A DNA stretch of 64,000 nucleotides from Podarcis melisellensis (taxonomy: Eukaryota): assembly GCA_964234715.1 (NCBI GenBank), contig OZ174281.1. The stretch is one strand, 5' to 3'. The translations under genes were made by a program, and so were the position numbers. Each line of letters starts with the position of its first letter. The first letter of the stretch is position 1. Below are positions 12,901-26,300 of the stretch, piece after piece. A model generated the notes under the pieces. The model was not told the DNA's origin, searched no databases, and saw nothing but the letters and a program-made list of their open reading frames with translations.

Positions 12901-15900
12901 CCAAGAGAACACATTACTGAATGGCTAGCATCTCTCCCCCACAAAGTGATAAGTAGCAGGCTTTCCATGACCTCATAGATGAGGCTAACACGGATAAGGC
13001 AACTCACGGGGGGGGGGGGGAGGACCTGAAAAATGCAATTATAACTCAAGCTTACAAATGGTCCACAGAGTTTATTAAGACTGCAAAATAATGACAAGGA
13101 ATGATACCGGAAAGTCATTTTTTTTTTTAAGCACTCAAGAGTTCAGGTATCTAGACTAGGAAGAAATCAACTACATCTCACTTTGTGACCCTTTGAAACC
13201 GTTCTGTACCAATAAATGTAAAATGCTGAAGCCGTCTGGCTTGTCTGCTTCCATTCAATTTTATAACTCTTTGAAGGCAAAATATAGCTCATTTTCCTTT
13301 GAATATAAACATTAGCATTTTTGTGAAATATGAGAAATGAGGCAAACAGTGTCTTTCTCAGATGCATACTTGCATCTGTCACCTATTCTACCGAAGCAAT
13401 ACTAATTTGCAATGACAAGTGTATATATTTTGGAAAACAGTTTTCCAAAATTCTTAGAAGATGCAGGGGATAGAATGTGAAGGAAGGCCATCACAACAAC
13501 CCCCCACCACATTTTAATATCAAAGTGATTGACTGATAAGTTCTCTTCAGACAATGCTTATCCAAGATGCTGAAGAGGCCTTAATTAGTTGAGGGGTATG
13601 TGGAACACAATACTGTACCAAAGTAAGTGTATCTTTGCCAAGCTAACAAATGTGAAGTCATACATACATACATACATACATACATACATACATACATACA
13701 TACATACTGTTGAACAGCACTAGTCTATTTTGCCCCCAAAACACAAAATTCAAAAACTGTAAGAGCCAATTTTTGAAAGCTACCTCATTTAATTAATTCA
13801 TTTACTAATTCAATATAACAATTGATATTTATTCTGCTATTCAGTTGTTTTAGAATATGCACTGCCAACATAATGTTCAGGCAAATTTTATGAGAATCCC
13901 AGATGACTCTTGCTAAAACATTATAGACACTGCTCGGGCAAATGAAATGCCAGAAATACTGTACATTTCCAGAAAATTGAGAAAGGGAGCCCCACTAAAG
14001 AAACTGAAACTGTGCATGTGCTCCAGAAACATTCCAACAAGAAGCAGCTAACATATCCTCAAAGTAAAAAACGGACCATCATTTTGCTTAATTTTCAGAC
14101 TATACTGGATTCAAACACTGAAACGTTGCACTTTATTGGCCACAAGCAAATGGGCAGGTTGAGAGGTTTATAGGGACATTCAGAAGTTCTATATATTGCT
14201 ACCGCAGATGGAAGCAATATAAAACAAGAATTTGCACCAATGAGATACGGCACATATTGCAACGAAGCAGAGTAAGAGAGCTACAGAAACGCCATTCAAA
14301 GTGGGATGCCCTTTGTGTCCACACAATATATTCTCAATACAATCTCAAGCCACGCGATATACTCTCAATACAATCTCAAGCCACGCGATATACTCTCAGT
14401 GCTCTTCTATTCTGTGCCATATCAAATCACAGCACGTGGCACAATGGTCACGGCACAAGGGGTCCCCCAAAATTAACAAGAAATGTTTCTATCATTAACC
14501 TACTTCACAGCACCGCTCAGAACTCATAGGCATGATGGCAACTTCATAAAAAGCGTACTCCTGCTGTACCAAGTCCAGCAACTCCTTTCCGTGTGGTCAA
14601 AGGTACCCAGCGAGGGCCAACCATTGTGTTCCATTGTGAACCATACAGCAATTATTTGGTTTTGTTCTATGGCTTTAGCTGTATAATATTGTTATAGTTG
14701 TAGTTTTTGTAACACAGTTGTAGATGTGTTTTCAAGTGTTCTGTGTTTTCAATTATATTTGTGGTTTGATAGTTAGGGGGAAAGGAGAGATGTAATGTTT
14801 ATGACCAATCCATTCCTTGATCAAGACCAGGATTTCAGAATGCTCTGAGCTAAGCATGAGATAGTCCACCTTAGGAAATGGGGCAAAGGGAATTCTGGAA
14901 GGAAGAACACTGGTCTGCATAACTGTAAGCAAGGAACTATAAAATAAACATGCCCTATCTAATTAGCATTGTCTGAGTCCAGATTCTTATTTCTAAGAGC
15001 CCCAGGCCCCTGAACACACATTTGCATCCCTGAGTATTTTGTGGGGGGGGGGAGGCATACAGTAATAAGACAGACACAGAGAAACTGGGGAGGTGTTATG
15101 TGAAATTGTGTACTGTTCCTCTATTTCTCTCTGGTCACTGTATAGAAACTGAAAACGCCAGTTTCAGGAAATAGCATTAACATCAAAGACAGCTGCAATC
15201 CTCTCTGACTCTGATAAAGCCTGTCTCCTTCTCATGTTCTGAATGACTGCTTTGTGCAGTTGAAAGACTTTCATAAATGATCCAAACCTTGTACTTGGTC
15301 TTTAAATATTTTGTTTAAGGAGCAGATCTAAATGCTATAAAAGTGCTAATTGTCCCTGGATTGCCTGCCATTGCCTTCTAGGTCTTCTCTGAAATAGTTG
15401 TGTCAACTGGATTTGACTTTCTTAAATGCTTTGTTTCCTGCTCATCTGTACCTCAAGTCTACAATTTTTTGCACTCTGTGAATTATTTTTTTTAATGTGG
15501 TGCATTTGCTATCATTTGATTGTAATTTATTTTCCAATGGCTGAAGTGAGCTGTAAAGTTACAGGAGCAAGACATTCATTTTCTGGATGTTCTGACATAT
15601 TTTAAGAAAGCAACTTGACATCCCATAGAAAATACTGACATGAGGATTGAGCCTGGATGTGGCAAGTTGCAAAATTGGAGCATTATTTCAAAAATAAAAA
15701 TAAAATCACACTAAAATAATCTGAGAACATCCACTGGCAGCGGCTTTGAATATGTGTGTGGGATATAACGCACATTCCTGTGGATAGAGGATTCAACAAT
15801 GTTTCTGGTGCTATCTGTGGCATCTTATTTATCTAGACTGAATGCTTCCCTTTCATTCTCTGAAATCAGTTCTTAAGAGGCTGTTCTCCCTCATCTCCCT

Positions 15901-17285
15901 TAAGCCATTTACCTTGCCTTGAATAGTTCAAGCAGGTTCTCTCTCCTTTAATCTTTTATTTTTAATCTTCTATTTCCATATTTTCCTTCCTTCTTTGGAT
16001 CTAATTACCATTCTGATTTGTCAAATTGTGTAGGGCACAAATTACTGTATTTGAACATAAAGAATGAGCTGATGTTATAACCCAGAAATGATATAGAATT
16101 CATGTTTCAACCTCAGTCTATTTCACACTTCCTGGTCTTCGCTAGCTTCCATATCAGCTCTGCTTGAAATTCCTGGCCCAGACTGCAGACATTTCCAAGA
16201 TCCTGGCACTGAATTTCTGTTAAGCACAAGTGCCAGGTACCAAAAAAGAAAGGGAAATATTTCTATTTAGTGTCTGCATATATGCATCAATATAGTATTT
16301 GTCAGTTTTATTCATGAGTACATTTTACAAGTTTAAGGGAGTTGTTTTTTTAAAAAAGTTCAGGCCAGTATTTAAAAACCATATTCCAATTTGCTTGTAA
16401 AAAGAATACATTCTCATACTTTCAGCAAACATTTCCGAGAAAGGTTTATATTTATTTATTTCCCATCCACCCCAAACTTTTCCCCTGAAAAGGCTGCTTA
16501 GAGATATTAAAAAATACATAAAAACCAGCTAAAAATGGGGAGGGGGATTAAAAACAATTAAAAAATGATAGAATTAAAACTATATACATAAATTATATTA
16601 AAACCATACAAATAATTACAATAAAAACAGCATGGCACCAGCCCTTTCATTTAAAGCAGCCGGTTCCCAAAAGCCTGCTGGAGCCATAATGTCTCCACCT
16701 GCTGGCAGGAGGACCACAATGAGGAAGCCAGTCTAACTTCTCTAGGGAGGCAATTCCAAAGTCTGGGAGCAACTACTGAGAAGGATAACAACTGCATCCT
16801 ACCTACTCCTATGCTTCTGAAAGGCCTTATTTAATAGATCACTTTTCCAAGTCAACCATTTAACTTGCTTTGACCTATTCTAAATGATCAGAAACAGAAG
16901 AAGCAATCAAGACTCCAGCCCTGCAGAACTTGGCTGGGTCATTGCTGCTTCTGCAGCTCCTGCCACACATGCAGGGTGCAAAGTGAGGCGCAGACAACAG
17001 CCTGGATCTGGAATGATTGGGCCTGAAGCCATCATATTCCAGGGCTTTTCACTGACTGACAACAGTAAGGATCCATTTCTTTCCCTATCTTTTGATGGGT
17101 GGAATTAGAGGGCTGATGTCACTGCCGGAGGTAGCTGGGCACAAGCTGCAACGTGTGTGTTACAGAAGGGGAGAATAATTCAACACAGCAGCTCCATCTG
17201 TCATAATGTGTAATTCTACTTTCTTTTGTCATTTCTATCTGGATAAATTGATTTTGAAAACACTATTTCAGTATGTAAAAGCAGA

Positions 17286-17360
<75 letters not shown>

Positions 17361-20300
17361 GATCCAAAAATGGTAAGACATAGCTGTTTCTCATACATCT
17401 AGGACTTTCCTGGTCAACACGGTCAAGTTTGTAATATCTACTCTGAGTTATATTTGTCTAAATCAGTCTCCTTGATCCCTAAAAGTATGTGCCAGCTGTG
17501 AGTCACTGAATATTGTGCAGCATTCCCCAGTGTGTGTAAAATAATGCTTTGTAATTGTAGCCTTGGCTATTGGAAATCTAGAAAAAGACAGACCACACGC
17601 AGAACCTCTTCACAATTAAATTGTGTTAAGAGTGCATATTCTTAATAACTGTCCTGTTAATGAATCACAAATAACAAAGTGTCCTGTTATTGAATCACTG
17701 CAGGATCTATCTAATTTACCGTTATTTGTGTGAATTCCAACAAAGAATGCAAACTGAAGCAAATAAGATATATGATTTGGTAAAGGCATAATTTGTTTGT
17801 TAATTGCTGTAGATTGTCATATTAAATAGCTTAACATATTCATAAATATTAATAAAATATATTGGTTCTGGTGGCACAAGAGCAGAACATGATGAATGTG
17901 TCCTCAAATCAATTGATTATATAAACATACCACTATTTTTTGGCTCATTTTTTTGTGTTTAACAGCTAGAATTGGCCTGGATCTCCCTAGAGACTTCTGA
18001 AGGGGCCTGACTGCAACAACCAGAAGGCGCTGCCAACTGACCTGTTTGTGGGGCGTTTCCACCCACCCCTGGCATGCCCAAAGTAAATAAATTATCTAGG
18101 CTGCAACTGCACGTGGCCTATACTGCATACTCATTTACCCTACCGTACTCATATCTTTTCTTCACAAAACCACCTGATATTTGGAAATACGGTGGTACCT
18201 CAGGTTAAGAACTTAATTACCACTGTAAATGTTTTGCATGAGAGCGTGTGGTGCTGTGGGTTAAACCACAGAGCCTAGGACTTGCCAATCATAAGGTCAG
18301 CGGTTTGAATCCCTGTGACTGGTTGAGCTCCCGTTGCTCGGTCCCTGCTCCTGCCAACATAGCAGTTCGAAAGCACTTCAAAGTGCAAGTAGATAAATAG
18401 GTACCACTCAGGCAGGAAGGTAAACGGCGTTTCCGTGCGCTGCTCTGGTTTGCCAGAAGCGGCTTAGTCATGCTGACCACATGACCCGGAAGCTGTACAC
18501 CAGCTCCCTCGGCCAATAAAGCGAGATGAGCACTGCAACCCCAGAGTCGGCCACGACTGGACCTAATGGTCAGGGAAGGGTCCCTTTACCTTTACTCATT
18601 TCTTTTCTTCACAAAACCACCTGATACTTGGAAATAAATGTTTTGCATGAGAGCAATCAAAATGCTGCACTGAACAGCTGCTATTACTCCACTAGGAAGT
18701 GCTGCTTTAACTAATGCAGCTACACTATTTAATAACAGTAATAATAATAATTTATACCCCACCATTCCGGCTGGGTTTTCTCTGCCACACATGCATTTGG
18801 GATCATATTGTTGAAGAGTATGAAGTTTATATGAATTTATGAATAAAGACAGTCTTTATATTTAATTGTGAATAAATGCTATTTACTTAAGGACCACAAA
18901 GAAGACATTTTAGCAGGGAAAGTCTGCTATATTCTGTGTGCTTGAACAAACTTTTGAGTCTTTGGAAACGTGCTCAAATTAGCAGCTTGGCTTAGATCTG
19001 TCTGGTTTTCACTTTGGGTCTTTGATTTATCATCCTGCCGCTAAACTGCTGTAAAGAATTTGGAATAAGATCAATTCTGTTCAGCTTTAGCATTCCTAAC
19101 ATATCCAGGAATCATTTGCTTTTAATTACCACTCAGTTCAACCATATTAGTAGTATAAATGTGGCTTCCACATCCAATTCTGCAGCTTTATCAACTTAAA
19201 TATCTTCAAGGTTCTCTTATTTTTCATAGATGCCTTAATTATTTTAGCTGTGTTTTTATATTTTAAAATAATAATAAAGAGGAAATGAAACAAGCCTTGC
19301 CAGACAGATTCTGTACAATACACCTGATTCACTTCAGAGGTGATTTCCTCACCCAGCACACTATGTGACCATAAAAGCCTTAAAAAAAAACAAGTTGATT
19401 TAATGTTTCTGTTTATGCACGGTGTCCAGTTTCCAGAAGAGTCTGAGACTAGTGGTTTTGAACTCAATTAAGCATTTAAGCTCATTTTCAGCTGAGTCCC
19501 CGTGGACTGACAATTAGAAAAGGAAAGAAGTTCAAAGGAGAAAGGTTATAACCTCATAGCTCCATATTTTGTGTGGTCTCAAAATGCATCCTATGCTTTC
19601 ATCCTTCATATATTTAGGAAAGCCATTACGACCTATAGCTAAGTTACACAAGGGGTCAAACTGCACATGATGTTCAGATGTGTAAATGTTTCTTTGAGAG
19701 TTGTTGTTGCTTTACCCAACGCAGTTGTGAGAAGCTGTAAACTGATGTGGAAATTTGCATTGGAGGACATCTCTTTCCATAGTAGATATTTTTCCTTTCC
19801 AAATTGTTCTGTGCAAGCTCTTTGACACCCAAGAGGGGAATATACAAATGCAAATATCTTCTCATCCATGGCACACACCCCCAAAAAAAAACCACTTGGG
19901 GGCAAATTATTATTATTACAACAATTTAAAAATAAATTACAGTAATATGACTAGGGTGGGTAATAAAAAGATGTCACAGGCAGCAAAGACCAATGTCTTC
20001 AGCATAAAAGAGAAACTATATAATGAAGGTGTCAAACACACTTCTGTAGGGAAGAAATTCTGTAATTTAGGATCTGCCACAGAGAATGCCCTCTGCTGGA
20101 TCACACCCACCCCCCAAATTTCTGAGGGTGGCCCATGCCCACTGATCTACACATCCAAAATGTTCTGTAGGGAATGAAGTAGTCTTTCAAATATTTAGAA
20201 CATACATCATTAAACACTCTAAATACTAATGTATTAAGGCCCCAAAACTAACTGGTGACCAATGCAGCTGTTTTAAACATGAGTTTAAACATGATATTGG

Positions 20301-23300
20301 TTCTAAACAGAACTCCAGCCAGTAATCTGGGTGCTACATAATGGACCAGCTGAAGCTTGAGAAGATTAGACTGCTGTGGAAGTGATATGCTCCCCACTTG
20401 GTTTTGGGTTAAATAAAGCTCCCCCCACAAAAAAACCCACAGGGAAAACATGTAGTTTCGACCCAAAATATTATAGTCATGTATATTCATGTCTGCATTA
20501 AAATCAGTATCTGCATTGGGCCCCTACTGGAAACAGAATGCTTGTCAAGATGGACCTGGTCTGACCAGCCAGGAGGTTCTTCTGCTTGTTTCTCATGAAA
20601 ACATAGCCATTGTGACTTTGAATAGAAGAATACAAAATGTATTTAAAATGTATTTAAAAGTATTCTGTTGAAAAATAGATTGCATTTCTCTTGCTGACAT
20701 TCTTTCCTAACTGACAGAAGAAATCTATTTCACCACAGATACGTAAATATTTTGCATGTCCATTCAATGGCGCTTTATTAAGTAATTATGCGAAGCTGGT
20801 TACAAGCACGGTCACTTCTGCAAAAAATAATTGAAAAATAAAGAAGAATTCTTAAGCTAGAATTAACCCAAAACTTTTCTTCTGGAACTAATTGATGACA
20901 GTTAAAGTCTCGAATGTGGTTCCAATTGCTATAGGCATTCCTTTGAGATGCCATCAGAAAAGATGTGCAGACAGCCCCACTGCAAAACTGCAGCACTCTG
21001 CTTCAATCCCTCTTTCTCTCTCTCAGTTCCTCAGATTTACACATGATTTGCTAATGACTTGTTTCTCTCTTAATGCTCTAAACTATAACCCCTGGTCTTT
21101 TGTTGTGGCTATATCACCCACATTCTATTTCCCAGCAACGCTTTCTTTGCCTACCTTCTCAGCAACATTTGCTTTCTTCAGTAGAATTCTCCACTCCCAT
21201 CGTTCAGCCCGGACACTGAGGTCCAGCGCCAAGGGCCTTCTGGCAGTTCCCTCACTGCAACGTTACAGGGAACAAAGCAGAGGGCCTTCTTGGTAGTGGT
21301 ACCCACCCTGTGGAATGCCCTCCCATCAGATGTCAAGGAAATAAACAACTACCGTATCTGACTTTTAGAAGACATCTGAAGGCAACTCTGTTTAGGGAAG
21401 TTTTTAATGTTTGAAGTTTTATTGTGTTTTTTATATTCTGTTGGAAGCTACCCAGAGTGGCTGGCAAAACCCAGCCAGATGGGCGAGGTATAAATAAATA
21501 AATTATTATTGTTATTAATATTTTGTTCTGGCTTCAATTTTCAAGAGATATCATGGCACATATCAAAACTGTTACTTCTAGAGGTACAGAGGTACCTTGG
21601 GCAACAAACAACAACAGGAAGACAAAAGGGAAAGACTTATTTGAATTCAACTAGCAGAGAGGTGATGTATCTAAACCATGAAGTATGAAACGGTCATTTG
21701 CAAACTTGGACAGTTAGAAATATCAGCCAGAGTCTGTGTTCCTTGATTTTTATTCCCTCCAATCTTGATCAGGACATTGGAGGCTAGACCTTAGCAGCAT
21801 GGTTCTCATTCCAGGACAACTATCATATCAGCAATTCCAAAGACAATTCTTATGTCCTTCTGTTATACCCAGTTTCATCTTTATGACAAAAGGAAGTTCC
21901 AGGTGCTAGTGTTAGGCTTATCTCAGTGTGAACCATTATGCACTCAATGGCTGCAACCTCAAAAACCATGAAAAAAAGAGCTACTGCTCACTAGTTCATT
22001 TTATTATCTGGACCCAATGCATTCTGGCTTCAGGCCCACCTTGGCACCAAAACACCTTTAGTTGTCCTGGTTGCTGACCTTTATTGGGAAATAGGGGAAT
22101 GTGAACCCGTTGCTTCTCCTTGGTCGCTTGGAAGCTTTGGATACCACTGATCGTAGAACAGCTCTATGGGTTGGGAGTTGAACTGTATGATGGTTCCATG
22201 CTTACCTGCAGGGTTATTCTGAGAGATATGCATTTGGGGGATTCCTACTCAGGCCCTTATCAATGTGTCTGTGCTGCGGGGTCTCACAGGGTTCATGCTT
22301 TTTAACATATGAGGCTGATGGGTGAGGTCATTGGGGGAATTTGGGGCATGGTGTCATCACTATGCAGATGCTTCCCAGGTCTATTTCTCCTTACCCTCTG
22401 AATCAGGTAAAACTGCGCAGGTGTTTAACAGATGCCTGAAGGTTGTAATGGGGTGAATGAATCCCAGCAAGATGGACATTCTGTTGGTGGGTGATTGTGT
22501 CCAGGAATTGTGTTCTAGATAGGGTTGCACTCTCTCTGAAGGAAAGGTATGTAGCATAGGGATACTGTTTTGTCATTTGAGGCTCAGGTAGCATGGAGTG
22601 CCTTTTTCCAGTTCTCCCTTGTTTGCAAGCTAGAACCATTCCCAGATTGGAATAAACTGGCCACAATAATCCATGCCCTGGCAACCTCTTGATTAGATTA
22701 TTGTAATGCATTCCAGGTGGGGCTATCTTTAAAGATGGTCCACAAGCTGCCAGAGTTCTGAATGAAGCAGTTTACTGGATTTTAAATGAACAGGTAAATA
22801 AGGCACTATGAATTTGGTAGCATAAAATATGAAGAATATAAATTAGTAAAAATCTTAGTGGATGTACACTGAATCTGCAAGTGCTCAAAAGCAATGAATT
22901 AGGTAAAGTTTTATTTGCTTCTTTTTATCAGGATTTTAATGAGCGTCTGTAGACCACACAACTGTGTTGTGACCTTAAGCTACTTTTACCTGACCTGCAG
23001 ATATACAAGATTTCTAGTAAAACATAAAAGCAAAGCAAAATAGCCTCTGAGATGGTTGGCTGGTCGGCTGGAATAGTTTCCAGACATTCAAGAAAAATTG
23101 AATATATTCTATTATTATCAGGAACATTTCAAAGTGCATGGAAGCTTGGAAGGGCACAGGCTAAGGGAAAAGATGGGAACCTTATTACTTAAGAATCTGT
23201 TTGCCACAACAATACTTAGAAACATATTGAAGTGTTAACAACAAGAAACTATAGTTTGGTTAAAGGAGGAAGTACAGCTTAGAATGACAAAAGACGTAAT

Positions 23301-26300
23301 ACAGGGGTTGGGAAGCTCTGGCCCTTGAGCCCTAGGCAAGCTAATGTAGCCTGTTGGGCAGTTTTGCCATGCCCACCTGTCACTCACATGACATTGTATG
23401 ATGTCAGGTTCAGGTCATGTAAAGCTGCGGCTCTCAAAAAAAATTGGGATGCAAGTCATAAAGAAGCAGCAGTAATAAGGGATGTGAGAGGGCATTGGGC
23501 AAAAGCTGTGGAGGAAATAAGACTCATGCTTGTGGCATATGAAGATCTTTGCATGAGAGTTTTTGGCTTAGGTATTTGGGGCATTTCCTGCAATAAAGGG
23601 ATACTCTTTGCATGTGCCTTGGAACTGAAAACCGAAATGTTCACATACCTTAGCATTTTGAAGAGGGGGCTGGTAACTAGATGGACGATAATACATCCTC
23701 TGAGCAGGATCAGTGTGTATGTCTCCAAGAAATAGCTCCTCGACCAAGTGATCTAAATTATGGTGAAGGTACTGTTTCTCCACACGGATTAGTTGAAGCT
23801 CGTGCATAGCAAAATTCAGCGCTCTGGTGCATTCGTAGCCATTCTCTTCTCTCCATAAATCGTAGCTCACATTCTGCTCCCAGGCTTTATCTTCTGGTAC
23901 AAATCCAGGGCATGTGCGGTTCACCAACTGACTTAGTCTCTCAGCCACTGCCTCACTATGGCAGATTATCTGTATGTTGTGCAGCTGGTAATCTGCTTCA
24001 GTCCCTCCTCGAATGATCCAGGATGCTTGGCGAAGGCGGATTTTGCCACGGATAACTAAGGTATAGATTGGGTTTGTGCATCGGTTACCTCTGTAGTAAA
24101 ACTGATAGGCCTTGAATGTATTATTGTGGTAGAATCTGTAGGATCTAGTGATGAATTCTGGGCCTGACCTTACTTCACAACTGTAACCAAATTGCAAATA
24201 AAAGCATAAGCTTAATGAGGTGTGAAATGAAGTATATCAAAGTAGTCAATAAGAAGATGACAGCACTAATAACACATTTAATTAACACCACAATATTCGC
24301 AATAGTGAACCAAAATAGTAATTTTTCTTATCTTCCTTTACTTAACATTAAGTTTCTGGTTTCATTTTTTAAAAGACGTTTTAAAAGGTATATTAGTTCT
24401 ATGCTGCATTTGATACTTTTATTTTCATTTTATTGCTGACTTCCTCTTTTCTCCACATTTAGTGCACCAAGTACTTAGAATTGCAAAGGTAAAGGTAAAG
24501 TGACCCCTGACCATTAGGTCCTGCCACAGACGACTCTGGGGTTGTGGCTCTCATCTTGCTTTACTGGCCGAGGGAGCCGGCGTACAGCTTCCGGGTCATG
24601 TGGCCAGCATGACTAAGCCACTTCTGGCGAACCAGAGCAGCGCATGGAAACGCCGCTTACTTTCCCACCGGAGCAATACCTATTTATCTACTTGCACTTT
24701 GACGAGCTTTCGAACTGCTAGGTTGGCAGGAGCAGGGACCGAGCAACAGCTGTGGATTCGAACCGCCAACCTTCTGATCGGCAAGCCCTAGGCTCTGTGG
24801 TTTAGACCACAGCGCCACCTGCATCCCTACTTAGAATTGTGGCAACTCTATTCCAAGTACTGTCAAGGAAGACAAAGATTTCCCCCTACAATACCATTAT
24901 CTGTTCATACAATACCATTATGTGTTCACTTTTGCCACCAGGCAGGCAGTGGTGGATCAAATGCTACTGCTGGCAGTGGCCAGAGTAAGGCCCTGAAATA
25001 GAGCATTATGGGTGTGAGGCAGTGAAGGGTTAGCCATGGAGCTGCTGAGCCCCAGGCTGTTCCAGGCCCCCCACATGCACCAGCCTGGAGCTGCCACAAC
25101 AGAAAATAATGGCTGGCATGAGCTGGCAGTGCTTCAGATATGACAGCTGTTTTGATGCTCCTGGCCAGGGTTTAGAATTGCTTTGCCTATCATGCTTAGA
25201 GTAAACCCATTGAAATCAATGGAACTTCAGGTGACTTCAGTGACTCTACCCTAAGCGTGAACATGTCTGGATCCAACTTGACGTCTTTTTTTCCTTCTTC
25301 AGTTTTTCTTAAATATGTATATCTAACATGAATAAGCTTCTGTCAAAGCCTCTAGACCTGAAGATAAATATTCTCATAAGCTCAATAGCTTTTCAATGAG
25401 CCCCTTCCTGTTTTATTTCTGTGTGACAATGTGGTTATGTTTCTTAAGAGATAGGCAACACTTTTAATATATTTCTACTTCCATGGTGATAAAATCAACA
25501 AGGAAAAGGAATGACCACACCTGCCTGGCTTCAGGCAAGCAAAGTAATAAACATGCTTTAATGTGTTTATAAAATAAACCCAAACTAGAACATCTGAAAT
25601 ATTTGTGTAAGGCTTATAGTTGCAAAAAAGAAAAAAGGGTTTTTAAGCTGAGCTCTTCCTAGTCTGCTTGCTTTCTGCAAGTACAACAGATTCCTCCTAA
25701 GTGATGGGAGCCCAACATCTTCTCCCTGACTTTCCAGTGATATCTGTGGTGGATTTGAGTGAGGATTACTGCTTACTCAAACACTATTTTTATTAACTTC
25801 AGTGATTGGTTTGCCTGAATAAGGACTGCAGGACTGGGCTTGAAGGGAATCTTATATCCCAAGGAGCCTTCCTAAGAAAATAATTGCGAGTACACAGCTG
25901 TATATTTGCAAGCTGAGACTACAAAATAAATACCTCTGCCTAACTGAATGTTTGTGATCTCAGATAAGCACTTGTGCATGCTTGGGCTCGTCAGCTAAAG
26001 CTTCATAATTTCATTTTGTTAATGAACTTTGTTTTATACACATGTCACATGATACAGCAATAAAGGCAAGGATTTATTCACTCGCCCTTGCAAGCGGTCT
26101 GAATAAGCAGATGACATATGAACATCCTATGAATAGGCTGGCAATTTTCAACAACACTGTGGTTTCCAAAGTAAGGAAGACTGAAATGCCTTACTGTTTA
26201 ATATACAGACAATAGCCACAAAATTCTGAAGGCTCACTTTTGTCACCAGAAAAGCTTCTGTGTCCATAGGAGAAGTTTTCAGCTTTCCTCTCAATAGCAG

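Noticed and set aside
23568-24197. ORF-track boundaries of the 209-, 160- and 150-aa ORFs taken as standalone genes
   Set aside because: They are APCDD1 exons extended into intron sequence; splice sites define the true limits.
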